From Squalus acanthias (taxonomy: Eukaryota), in the NCBI GenBank assembly GCA_030390025.1, contig CM059432.1, positions 8,432,001 to 8,496,000 on the forward strand: a stretch of 64,000 nt of DNA, given 5' to 3'. The translations under genes were made by a program, and so were the position numbers. The notes under the pieces were generated by a model. The model did no database searches. It was not told the DNA's origin and saw only the letters and a list, made by a program, of their open reading frames with translations. This document shows, piece after piece, positions 1-10,994 of this stretch. Each line of letters opens with the position of its first letter. The stretch's first letter is position 1.

Positions 1-139
1 TGTCTTTAACTAAGGGTGAAATCCTGACTACATATTTAAACTGTTGCTCATTTATTTTTAGAGCTAACAGCGGGGCCTGGAAATTCTGCCGCACCTGTGT
101 CTGGATTTGTGCAGGGAGGTGGAGGACGATGCTGGGGTT

Positions 140-255
140 GCCAACCCTCCAGGATCGGCCTGGAGTCTCCAGGAATTGAAGACTAATCTCCAGGATGCTG
201 CTGCGAGAAATCCCCGGAGGAAAAGTAATCATAGGGGCAATGAAAAAAAACGATG
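140..255 (+). mobile_element. Left end of a hAT-like non-autonomous DNA transposon (fragment)
   Basis: Starts with GGGGTTGCCAAC, a terminus typical of hAT/Tip100-like MITEs. The internal GGAATTGAAGACTAATC recurs at ~5680. Confidence 0.5.
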
Positions 256-351
256 CTGCCTTGTCAGTTTGAGCGATTTCAGCGTTTTTCACTTGAAGGA
301 GTCTTCTGCCTCAGAAAAAATTATTCACTTTCATTTAGGTGAGATTTTAAA

Positions 352-1062
352 GTGCAACAATTCCATACTTCAATGGGGGCTGTACTGGTACTGGACCTCG
401 CCCTCCAGCGTCAACGTCGGAGGCAGCGGAGGCAGAGAGAGAGATTGCAAAATGTGGCCAGAAGGAGGAGGGCCAACAGGGCTCACAACAGGAGGCCTTA
501 CCCTCCCAGGGTATTCCGGCAGCCTTTCTCCTGCATCAATTTCACTGAGGACCAGTGTCTTAGAAGGCTCCGCTTCACCAAGGACGTGGTCACAGAGCTC
601 TGCCACCTCCTGCAGCCAGACCTCAAGCCTCGCATCAGGAGCACCACTGCTCTCTCAGTGGCAGTCAAGGTCACCGTCGCCCTCAATTTCTACACCTGCA
701 GATCCTCCCAGCGTGCAACAGGAGACATATCTAACATATCGCAGTTCGCCGTCCATTGCAGCATCCGCGAAGTCACAGCTGCTCGCTACAGAAGGAGAAG
801 GGACTACATTTCCTTCCCCATGACCAGAGAGATGCATCGCGAGCGTGCGTGTGGCTTTGCCAGGATAGTGAGCTTCCCCATGGTGCAGGGCGCCATTGAC
901 TGCACCCACGTCGCTTTGCGGGCACCGCATAACAATCCTGAGGTCTTCCGTAACTGCAAACGCTACCACTCACTTAATGTGCAGTTGGTGTGTGACCACA
1001 GACAACAAATCCTCACCGTCAATGCTCACTATCCTGGCAGCAGCCATGATGCCTTCATCCTG
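352..1062 (+). pseudogene. PIF/Harbinger (HARBI1-like) DDE transposase, N-terminal ~2/3, truncated by a CR1 insertion
   Basis: The ORF has CLRRLRFTK, the HTH segment KVTVALNFY..GDISNISQ, GAIDCTHV (1st catalytic D), YHSLNVQLVCD and YPGSSHDAFIL (2nd D). CR1 sequence begins immediately after. Confidence 0.9.
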
Positions 1063-1918
1063 GTAAGTGTTTCTAGTTAATAGTCCATAAAGTAAAGGCA
1101 TGGCAGGGCAGCTCAGCCCCGTGGAATGCACATCCTGTGCCATGTGGGAAGTCCTGGACGCTCCTCGTGGTCTGGACAACCACGTGTGTGGGAAGTGTCG
1201 CCAGCTACAGCAGCTCGAGATCCGTGTTTCGGAGCTTGAGCGGCGGCTGGAGTCACTGCAGAAAGGCAGAAAGAGGGATGAGGTCCTGCAGGCAGACTAT
1301 AGGGAGCTAGGAAAGAGATTAAAAAGCAGGGCCTCAAAGGTAGTAATCTCTGGATTACTCCCGGTATCATGTGTTAGTGAGTACAGGAACAGGAGGATAG
1401 AGCGGATGAATGCGTGGCTGGAGAGATGGTGCAGGAGGGAGGGCTTTAGGCATTGGGACTGGTTCTGGGGGAGGTGGGACCTGTACAGGCCGGACGGGTT
1501 GCACCTCAACAGGACCGGGACCAATATCCTCGCGGTGGGGTTTGCTAGTGCTGTTGGGGAGGGTTTAAACTAGCTTGGCAGGGGGATGGGAACCTGAGAG
1601 TGGATTCAGAAGGGAGAGATGCAAAGCTGGAAATGGAAGGCAGAAAATGAGTAAGCGAGTTTCGAAGGCAGAGGAAACAATCGCTAGAAAATAGACAACA
1701 AGGGAGTTTGGCAGTACTAAATGGTATACACTTCAACACAAGGAGTTTAGGGAATAAAACAGATGAGCTGAGGGCACAGATAGACACGTGGGAGTATGAT
1801 ATTATAGCTATTACTGAGACATGGCTGAAAGGAGGGCAGGAATGGCAGCTCAACATTCCTGGTTACAGGGTTTTCAGACGAGATAGAGAGGGGGATAAAA
1901 AAGGAGGGGGGGTCGCAA

Positions 1919-2001
1919 TAGAAACATAGAAACATAGAAGATAGGAGCAGGAGTAGGCCATTCGGCCCCTCTAGCCTGCTCCGCCATTCGATGAGATCAT
2001 G
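1919..2001 (-). mobile_element. CR1-type 3' end fragment inserted in the CR1 endonuclease region
   Basis: Reverse-oriented tail (AGAAACAT)2 plus GGAGCAGGAGTAGGCCATTCGGCCC interrupts the EN reading frame. Confidence 0.75.
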
Positions 2002-3826
2002 ATTGATTAAAGAATCAATTACAGCTGTGAGGAGGGAGGATATCTTAGAAGGATCATCCAATGAGGCCATATGGGTTGAACTGAAAAACAAAAAAGGGGC
2101 AGTCGCACTGCTGGGAGTGGACTATAGACCCCCAAACAGTCAGAGGGAGATAGAAGAGCAAATATGTAGGCAAATTTCTGAGACGTTCAAAACTAGGGCA
2201 GTGATAGTAGGGGATTTCAACTTCCCTAATATTAACTGGGATAAAATTAGTGTGAAAGGCAGAGAGGGAGCAAAATTCTTTTTTAACCAGTACGTAGCAA
2301 GCCCAACAAGAGAGGGGGCAGGTTCTGGACCTAGTTTTAGGGACTGAAGCTGGGCAGGTGGAAAGAGTATCAGTGGGAGAGCATATTGGTGGTAGTGATC
2401 ATAATTCAGATAGATTTAGTTATGGAAAAGGACAAGGATAGACCAGGAATAAAAGTTCTCAATTGGGGAAAAGCTAATTTTACTAAGCGGAGAGGTGATT
2501 TAGCCAAAGTGGACTGGAGACAGAAACTTAAAAGCTAAATCAGGGTCAGGGCAGTGGGAGGCATTCAAGGAGGAGATAGTGAGGGTTCAGAGCAAGTGTG
2601 TTCCCTTAAAGAAAAAGGGTGGGACTAACAAATCTAGAGTTCCCTGGATGTCAAGGGGCATACAGGGTAGGATAAAGAAAAAAAGGGAAGCTTATGACAG
2701 ATACCGAGGTCTCAATACTGCAGAAAGCTGAGAGGAGTATAGAAAGTGCAGGGGTGAAATTAAAAAGGAAATTAGGAAAGCAAAGAGAGGGCATGAAAAA
2801 TATTGGCAAGTAAAATCAAGGGAAACCCAAAGATGTTTTATAAATACATTCAGAGCAAGAGGATAACTAAAGTAAGAGTAGGGCCTATTAGGGACCATAA
2901 AGGCGGAAGACATGGAGATGGTTATTAATGAGTGTCTGTTTTCACAAACGAGAGGGATGTGGTGCCAGAGGACTGGAGGACTGCTAACATGGTACTGTTG
3001 TTTAAAAAGGGAGAAAGTGATAGACCGAGTAATTACAGGCCAGTCAGCCTAACCTCGGTGGTGGGAAAATTATTGGAAAAAATTATGAGGGACAGGATAA
3101 ATCTTCATTCAGAAAGACACGGATTAATCAGGGACAGCCAGCATGGATTTTTTAAGGGAAGGTCATGTCTGACTAATTGATTGAATTTTTTGAGGAGGTA
3201 ACAAGGAGGGTCGATGAGGGTAGTGCATTTGATGTAGTCTATACGGTTTTTAGCAAGGCTTTTGATAAGGTCCTGCATGGCAGACTGGTCACGAAAGTAA
3301 AAGCTCATGGGATCCAGGGCAAAGTGGCAAGTTGGATCCAAAATTGTCTCAGAGGCAGGAAACAAAGGGTAATGGTCGAAGGGTATTTTTTGACTGGAAG
3401 GCTGTTTCCAGTGGGGTTCCGCAGGGCTCAGTACTGGGTCCTTTGCTTTTTGTGGTATATATCAATGATTTGGATTTGAATGTAGAAAGTATGATTAAAA
3501 AGTTTGCAGATGATACAAAAATTGGCTGTGTGGTTGATACTGAAGAAGGAAGCTGTAGACTGCAGGAAGATATCAATGGACTGGTCAGGTGGGCAGAACA
3601 GTGGCAAATGGAATTCAATCTGGAGATGTGTGAGGTAATGCTTTTGGGGAGGACTAACAAGGCAAGGGAATAAACTATAAATGGTAGGACACTGAGAAGT
3701 GCAGAAGATCAGAGGGACCTTGGACTGCATGTCCACAGATCCCTGAAGGTAACAGGACAGGTAGATAAGGTGGTTAAGAAGGTATACGGGATACTTGCCT
3801 TTAATAGCTGAGGCATAGAATATAAG

Positions 3827-4146
3827 TGTGAGAAGTCGCACAACACCAGGTTATAGTCCAACAGCTTTATTTGAAATCACAAGCTTTCGGAGCGCTGCTC
3901 CTTCGTCAGGTGAAGTGAAGAGATGCATATAGGCACAGCATATATAGTCAGAGAACACTGCCAGATGATCATCTGGCAGTGTTCTCTGACTATATATGCT
4001 GTGCCTATATGCATCTCTTCACTTCACCTGACGAAGGAGCAGCGCTCCGAAAGCTTGTGATTTCAAATAAAGCTGTTGGACTATAACCTGGTGTTGTGCG
4101 ACTTCTCACAGTTGTCCACCCCAGTCCAACACCAGCATCTCCACAT
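3827..4146. mobile_element. Penelope-like pLTR fold-back insertion (perfect 284-bp palindrome 3827-4110 + 36-nt tail)
   Basis: Arms of 142 bp are exact reverse complements with no loop (centre CCAGATGA|TCATCTGG). 13-bp TSD CATAGAATATAAG at 3814-3826 and 4147-4159. Same sequence as the 3' end of the GIY-YIG element at 56733-57651. Confidence 0.9.
4024..4060 (+). ncRNA. Minimal type I hammerhead ribozyme motif (Penelope type); mirror copy on - strand at 3877-3913
   Basis: UCAC-CUGACGA-A-GGAGC-agc-GCUCC-GAAA-GC-UU-GUGA: helix I UCAC/GUGA, core CUGANGA...GAAA, 5-bp helix II, palindromic AGCU helix III. Confidence 0.75.
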
Positions 4147-4752
4147 CATAGAATATAAGAGCAGGGGGGTTATGCTTGAAATATATAAAACACTAGTTAG
4201 ACCGCAGCTAGAGTACTGTGTACAGTTCTGGTCACATTACAGGAAGGATGTGATTGCACTAGAGGGGGTGCAGAGCAGATTTACGAGGATGTTGCCTGGG
4301 CTGGGGAATTTTAGCTATGAGGAAAGATTGGATAGGCTGGGGTTGTTTTCTTTAGAACAGAGGAGGCTGAGGGGAGACCTAATTGAGGTGTATAAAATTA
4401 TGGGGCCTAGATAGAGTGGATAGGAAGGACCTATTTCCCTTAGCAGAGAGGTTAATAACCAGGTGGCATAGATTTAAAGTAATTGGTCAGAGGTTTAGAG
4501 GGAGTTGAGGAGAAATTTTTTCACCCACAGGGTTGTGGGGATCTGGAACTCACTGCCTGAAAGGGTGGTAGAGGCAGAAACCCTCATCGCATTTAAAAAG
4601 TACCTGGATATGCACTTGAATTGCTGTAACCTACAAGGCTATGGACCAAGTGCTGGAAAGTGGGATTAGGGTGGATAGCTCTTTGCTGGCCGGCGCTGAC
4701 AAGATGGGTCAAATGGCCTCCTTCTGTGCTTTAGATTTCTATGATTCTATGA

Positions 4753-5340
4753 CGTTGCCGACGGCCACGGCGCCCACCACTTGCTGTTGAATGACGCTCA
4801 ACACTCGCTCCTCCAGATCTGAGAGCTGCTGGGGCTGCGCATCACCCTCACCTGTTCTCTGCTGCTCCTTCCTATTGCGGGCCATCTTGGCCTGCAAGAG
4901 AGACAAACGTGTGTGAGTCAGAGTCCAGTTATGTGTTTGGGAGATATGTCTGCTGTAGTTGAATAGCTGTGATTGTAGGCAAGGCGTGAGATGTGGATGT
5001 GAGTTTTAGTAGGTGAAGATGTTTGGTGGGTGAGTGGTGGAGATGTGGTGGTTTGCGCAGTGTGCACAGACTGAGGTTCAGATGCTGGTATGTAGGACCT
5101 GTTGAAGCGAGTACTCACCCTGACCACCCGACTGAGGTTGTTGATTTTCTTCCGGCACTGTGTCAGGCTGTGTTCCACCACACTACTGGCCGAGACCTCC
5201 TGGGCCACTTCCCTCCACATTGCCCTGACCACCTGAGGCGATGACCTGTATCCAGTGTCCGGGAACAGCAGTGCCCTCCTTCGCTCCACTCCCGCGACCA
5301 ATGCCACGTCTGTGAACCGACGAGCTCTCTCCCTGGGAGT
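4753..5340 (-). pseudogene. Harbinger Myb/SANT-like DNA-binding gene, two exons (5119-~5340 and 4753-4891), truncated
   Basis: Exon 1 reads RERARRFTD..GVERRRALLFP..WREVAQEVSA..TQCRKKINNL. Donor GTGAGT at 5118 and acceptor TTGCAG at 4892 (phase 0, 227-bp intron). Exon 2 reads AKMARNRKEQQRTG. Confidence 0.85.
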
Positions 5341-5678
5341 GGGAAAATCCCACAGCCATCAGGGGATTGAGTTAGGTGCAGGTCACCTTCACAGCCAGCA
5401 ATGCTGATAATGAGGACCTGCACAATGATGCAACCTCCGCTTTAAGAGCTGGAAGGATCGTTGCTGAATGCATTGCACCTGAAATTCATTAGAGCTCTGC
5501 TGCTAGTGGCCCTGTAGCGCCCTAAAGAGGTCATTGGCACTTGATTTAGCGTTCCAGCTCTTTCCTGGAGCACTAACATCCAAGTTAGGTGAAGCTCAGA
5601 ATCATTAGCGCTGGCGCTAATTTTTCAAGATTTAAAAAATTAGCGCCCCAAGCGGGGCGATACCAAATTTTTCCCCCT
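5341..5678 (-). mobile_element. Harbinger right end (subterminal TAGCGCC repeats + terminal inverted repeat)
   Basis: Ends ...GGGGCGATACCAAATTTTTCCCCC. Repeated TAGCGC(C)/GGCGCTA motifs. Matches the ends of the MITEs at 46920 and 62131. Confidence 0.75.
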
Positions 5679-5679
5679 T

Positions 5680-6056
5680 GGAATGAAAGACTAATCAACA
5701 GGACACAAGCAACCCAGAAGAAAAATCATAGTGACATTCAAAAAATTGTGTTTTTTTTTTAAATTTTCGTTGAACACTTTTATTTATGAGTTAATAAATA
5801 TTGGACAATGGCTGTTTGACTGACACTCAGGAATCATCCCATCGGGAGCAGGCTCGAGGGGCCGAACGGCCTGCTCCTGCTCCTATTTCTTATGTAATGA
5901 AGATTCGATTTGCTTTCCGATTGGCTGTGGGAAGGCGGGGCGCCGCGAGGATGGATGTGTCGGGCGACCAATGGTGGGAGTGTGGGGGGAGGGGGGGGGG
6001 CGGGCGGTTGGAGGCAGCAGGTCATGTGATGAAACCTCCAGGAGTTGGCCGCCCTG
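5680..6056 (+). mobile_element. hAT-like MITE (5'-truncated) containing a short CR1 tail at ~5829-5895
   Basis: Similar to 170-250. Ends GAGTTGGCCGCCCTG, a degenerate inverse of the GGGTTGCCAAC terminus. Confidence 0.45.
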
Positions 6057-6149
6057 CCTGCTATCTCCTCCTGGTGGCACTGCAGAGGGCAGGACGCCAC
6101 AGCTTGGCAACGTTGTGAAGGTGACAGACAAGAGAAGAATATCGCAAGT

Positions 6150-6459
6150 CTGTCGGAGGTGCCGTCTTTCGGATGAGACATTAAACAGAAGCCCTGTCTG
6201 CTCTCTCTAGTGCCTGTAAAAGATCCCACGGCCACTATTTTGAAGAAGAGCAGGGGAGTTATCCCCGGTGTCCTGGCCAATATTTATCCCTCAGCCAACC
6301 AACATCACTAAAAAAACAAATTATCTGGTCATTATCACATTGCTGTTTGTGGGAGCTTGCTGTGCGCAAATTGGCTGCTGCGTTTCCCTACACACTTCAA
6401 AAGTACTTCATTGGCTGTAAAGCGCTTTGGGACGTCTTGAGGTTGGGAAAGGGGCAAGT

Positions 6460-6502
<43 letters not shown>

Positions 6503-6505
6503 GTC
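6150..6505 (+). mobile_element. Deu-domain tRNA SINE (SacSINE1-like), 5'-truncated
   Basis: Deu-type core GTCGGAGGTGCCGTCTTTCGGATGAGAC...GTGTCCTGGCCAATATTTATCCCTCA, L2-like tail and (TTTC)n. Confidence 0.8.
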
Positions 6506-6588
6506 TGTAGCGCAAGCACACTGGTATACCTGACGCACCGTGTCATTGTGTTGGCACGGCAACAATAACCAGCTGCATGTTTTATGAA

Positions 6589-6904
6589 TGTGAGAAGTCG
6601 CACAACACCAGGTTATAGTCCAACAGCTTTATTTGAAATCACAAGCTTTTGGAGCGCTGCTCCTTCGTCAGGTGAAGTGAAGAGATGCATATAGTCACAG
6701 CATATATAGTCAGAGAACACTGCCAGATGACTATATATGCTCTCTGACTATACATGCTGTGCCTATATGCATCTCTTCACTTCACCTGACGAAGGAGCAG
6801 CGCTCCGAAAGCTTGTGATTTCAAATAAAGCTGTTGGACTATAACCTGGTGTTGTGCGACTTCTCACATTTGTCCACCCCCGTCCAACACCGGCATCTCC
6901 ACAT
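6589..6904. mobile_element. Penelope-like pLTR fold-back insertion, copy 2
   Basis: Same inverted arms and tail as 3827-4146. 13-bp TSD CATGTTTTATGAA at 6576-6588 and 6905-6917. Intact hammerhead motif at 6782-6818 (+); the left-arm copy has a core substitution. Confidence 0.9.
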
Positions 6905-7089
6905 CATGTTTTATGAAGACCAGTTGCTTGATAAAGAGGGCTATCGAAAGGTATGGGTGCCGAGCGAGAGAGTGGGTTAGCCGAGGTGGCTCAAATGCAG
7001 ATAAGCACTGGCGCAGACGCGAATGTGGGAGCAATGCCCCCTAACGATTGCAGGCAAGGACCAGGTCATCAGGTGCGAGCTGCTCGCTG

Positions 7090-7275
7090 GATGCTGAGTC
7101 GTTGAGTATATTCGAGGCTGAGATCGATAGATAGATTTTCGGACTCTAGGGGAATCAAGGGATATGGAGATCGGGCGGGAAAGTGGAGTTCAGGTCGGAG
7201 ATCGGCCATGATCTTATTGAATGGCGGAGCAGGCTCGAGGGCCGACTCCTGCTCCTAATTCTTATGTTCTTATGA
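7090..7275 (+). mobile_element. CR1 3' fragment
   Basis: CR1 3'UTR with (TTCTTATG)n tail. Confidence 0.75.
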
Positions 7276-8119
7276 ATTGGCCCGTTTCTATGCTGTAACG
7301 GTCTTTGATTATGGGATCTAATTTTTTGCTGAAAGTTTGAAAATTAAATATCTCAAACTGCCTCTAGGTGTCACCAAACATCAACTATCTGAACTGTGCA
7401 TTGCTTACATTTGCTTTACATACAAGTGAGTAACATGTATATCGTTTAAAGAAAACGGACAGTTAATTTATTTAACATACATGGCCATCATACTGGCCCT
7501 TATTACAGCGATATTAAAGGCCGCCCAATGTCTTTATAACACCAAGAAATACAATAGAGGCGATGCCATCACTTATTTTACTTCATTAATATACAAACTG
7601 ACACATCCAGCTACAAAGCTACTTCTATTAGATAAGACACGTAATGAGATAACCACACAATGTTACAAAAGTCACAACTTCAACAATACAAAATATTTAA
7701 ATAACTTCAGGAGAAACACTTAAAAAAAAATCCACTTGACAAAGAGCTGCAAACTTTCATTAAAAATAGTGAATGTAATATTCCGAGGGAGGAATGAGAT
7801 GAAGGCTGAATCTCCAGAGATAATGACCATCTGATATTCCAACATTTTCCATTCTCATTTCAGATCTCCTGCCTTCAAGGTTTTCTTATTAATCCAGTTC
7901 GACCATTAAAAATGCGTTGCTGAAGTTCTTTGTTTTGCCTGATTGAATGTCACTAGATACTCTCCAAATAGCAAAATGAACTGATTGAAATTATTTAGCA
8001 GTATTTTCTAAAGAAACTAGGTACCTATGTTCCTGACCTAAAAAAAAATGGCCAATATAATTTGACGATTTCTCACGGACCCGTTCAATGATCAAGAGAA
8101 TAACCGCCTTGTACCCAGT

Positions 8120-8615
8120 GCAGTGCAGAGAAGGTTCACGAGGTTGATTCCTGCGATGAAGGGGTTGACGTATGAAGAAAGGTTGAGCAGGTTGGGCCTA
8201 TACTCATTGGAGTTTAGAAGAACGAGAGGGGATCTTACTGAAACATATAAGATTCTGAGGGGGATTGACAGGGTAGATGCTGAGAGGATGTTTCCCCTAG
8301 TGGGGGAATCTAGAACGAGGGGGCATAGTTTCAGAATAAGGGGTCGCCCATTTAAGACGGAGATGAGGAGGAATTTCTTCTCTCAGAGGGTCGTGAATCC
8401 TCTACCCCAGAGAGCCGTGGAGGCGAAGTCGTTGAATATATTCAAGGTGGAGATTGACAGACATTTGAACTACAAGTGAATCAAGGGTTATGGGGAGAGA
8501 GCGGGAAAGTGGTGTTGAGGCCAAGATTGGATCAGCCATGATTTTATTGAATGGCGGAGCAGGCTCGAGGGGCCGATTGGCCGATTCCTGCTCCTGTTTC
8601 TTATGTTCTTATGTT
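8120..8615 (+). mobile_element. CR1 3' fragment
   Basis: ORF QRRFTRLIP..YEERLSRLGLYSLE..RNFFSQRVVN plus (TTCTTATG)n tail. Confidence 0.9.
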
Positions 8616-8629
8616 CTATCTGTTCTTCG

Positions 8630-9365
8630 GCAGTACCTCCCAAACCCCGCGGTGTCCAACAGCTAGAAGGACCGGGGTAGCAGGTGATGGGATCACCATC
8701 ATTTCCAAGTTCCTCTCCAAGTCCCGCACCATCCTGATATAGAATCATAGTATCTTACAGCACAGAATGAGGCCATTCATCCCATCATACCTGTGCTGGC
8801 TCTTTGAAAGAGCTGTCCAATTAGTCCCACTTCCCCGCTCTTTCCCTATGGCCCTCAATTTTTCCTCTTCAAGTATTTATCCAACTCCCTTTTGAAAGTT
8901 ACAATTGAATCTGTTACCATCACCTTAAGCCAGTGCATTCTAGATCATAACAACTCACTACGTAAATAAAATTCTTCTCTGGTTCTTTTGCCAATTACCT
9001 TAAATCTGTGTCCTCTGGTTACCGACCCTCCTGCCACTGGAAACAGTCTCTCCTTATTTCCTCTATCAAAAGCCCTCATCATTTTGAACACCTCTATTAA
9101 TTGTCCACATAACCTTCTCTGTTCTAAGGAGAAGAATCCCAGCTTCTCTAGAATCTCCACATATATGGACACATATCGCCATTCTTTTATTGACCCTGGG
9201 TCAATATCCTGGAACTCCCTCCCTAACAGCACCTGTGGGAGGAACCTTCACCACACGGACTGCAGCGGTTCAAGAAGCCGGCTCACCACCATCTTCTCAA
9301 GGGCAATTAGGAATGGGCAATAAATGCCAGCCTTGTCAGTGACGTCCACATCCTGAGAATTATTT
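8630..9365 (+). mobile_element. 3' end of the LINE family seen at 52165-55884, split by a reverse CR1 fragment (8741-9165)
   Basis: Both halves match 55575-55880. The intervening piece encodes CR1 LEKLGFFSLEQRRL on the - strand. Confidence 0.8.
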
Positions 9366-9694
9366 TTATTTAAATAACTGAAGTGATGCATGGCACTTCT
9401 GACTGTCCTTCACCAGACAAACAAAAAGGTTTCCAATTGCTATTTTACAAAGCCAGTTTTCTTTTAAAAATAAATACCTTGTCCATCTGCTGCAGATTGG
9501 GTGATTGATATGCAAATCTATGATAACATTCTTGGAACAACATATCGCTTGGAAATCAGTGCATACAGTGGAAACGTTTCCTGTTCAGCTAGACACAGGG
9601 TAGGTGAATGCATAGGTAGGAGGGTGTATTTGATAACAACCACAACATTGCAAAGGCCAGCACCAGCCAAGGTGGTCTATTTCATTCTCAGTTA

Positions 9695-10990
9695 ATTGGA
9701 GAGACTGGAGAAGCTGGGATTGTTCACATTACAGCCGAGAAGGTTAAGAGGAGATTTAATAGAGGTGATCAAAATTATGAGGGGCTTTGATAGAGTAGAT
9801 AGGGCAAAACTGAGTCCATTGATTATTTGGTCATTGTAACATAGCTTGTGGGAGCTTGCTGTGCGCAAATTGGCTGCCGCATTTCCTACATTACAACAGT
9901 GACTACACTTCAAAAAGTACTTAATTGGCTATAAAGCGCTTTGGGATGTCTGGTGGTCGTGAAAGGCGCTATAGAAATGTAAGTCTGTCTGTCTTTCTTT
10001 ATTGGCAGGAGGGTCGGTAACCAGAGGAGACAGATTTAAGGTAATTGGCAAAAATTCAAGAGCGGAAATTAGAAGAATTCTTTATGCAGCGAGTTGCCTG
10101 AAAGGGCGGCGGAAGCAGATTCAATAGTAACTTTCAAAAGGGAAGTGGATAAATCCTTGAAAAGGAGGAATTAGCAGGGATTATGGGAAAGAGTAGGGGA
10201 GCGGGACTAATTGGATAGCTCTTTCAAAGAGCCGGCACAGGCACGATAGGCTGAATGGCATCCTTCTAGGAACATTGGAACAGGAGAAGGCCTTTCAGCC
10301 CCTCAAGACTGTTCCTGCATTCAATTCAGTCATGGCTGATCTGTATCTTAACTCCATCTACCTGCCTTGGTTCCGTAACCCTTAATACGCTTGCCTAACA
10401 AAAATCTATCAATCTCAGTTTTGAAATTTCCAATTGACCCCCCAGCCGCAACAGCTTTTTGGGGGAGAGAGTTCCAGATTTCCACCACCCTTTGTGTGAA
10501 GAAGTGCTTCCTGACATCACCCCTGAACGGCCTGGCTCTAATTTGAAGGTCTGAACTCCCCCCCCAACCAGAGGAAATAGTTTCTCTCTATCTACCCTAT
10601 TACATCCTTTGATCATCTTAAACATCTCAATTAGATCAACCCTGTAATCTTCCATACTCAAGGGAACACAAGCCTAGTCTATGCAAACTGTCCTCATAAT
10701 TTAATCCTTTTAGCCCCGGTATCCTTCTGGTGAATCTCCGTGCTGTATGTGACGTAAGAAAACTACTAGGCACTTGATCTAAGCGTTAAACAAAGCCTTA
10801 ATCAACTGTTTTACAACATGGAGGTCTAGTTGTATCCTTTACTAGTTCCTGTTAAGAATGTCCTGCGCAAGCTGGGCCCGTGCCCGAGTATCTATACTCT
10901 CCCTGGACAGCGACACCCGCAGGCCACTCAGTATTATTTCATAAGTCATGAATGACAGATTCATGTCAGTATGATTATATGATTCTAGTT
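9695..10990 (+). mobile_element. CR1 3' fragment interrupted by a DeuSINE (9820-10000), a reverse CR1 fragment (10268-10735) and a solo LTR (10750-10968)
   Basis: CR1 3' consensus pieces resume colinearly after each insertion, ending in ...ATTATATGATTCTA. Confidence 0.75.
10750..10968 (-). mobile_element. Solo-LTR-like element, 219 bp
   Basis: TGAC...GTCA termini. Perfect 5-bp TSD GTATG (10745-10749 / 10969-10973). Inverted homolog at 46245-46453. Confidence 0.75.
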
Positions 10991-10994
10991 ATTA

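Larger units (their letters stand above)
1060..4752 (+). mobile_element. CR1 LINE, near full-length but degenerate (ORF1 zinc-finger/coiled-coil/SGNH esterase; ORF2 APE endonuclease + RT)
   Basis: ORF1 1100-1573 has CxxC..CxxC and DGLHLN. EN pieces: DIIAITETW, VGDFNFP. RT pieces: YRPVSLTS, FSKAFD, GVPQGSVLGP, FADD. The 3' tail is (TTCTATGA)n ending at 4752. Multiple frameshifts. Confidence 0.95.

Noticed and set aside
352..1080. Domesticated HARBI1 gene
   Set aside because: Truncated before the third catalytic residue and associated with a Myb gene and TIR, so it is a transposon copy.
140..6056. A single hAT element enclosing the whole Harbinger/CR1 block
   Set aside because: The two pieces overlap in family sequence and there is no 8-bp TSD, so they are probably separate copies.
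9478..9582. Possible minus-strand exon (NVSTVCTDF...)
   Set aside because: Weak acceptor, no partner exons, unrecognised peptide.
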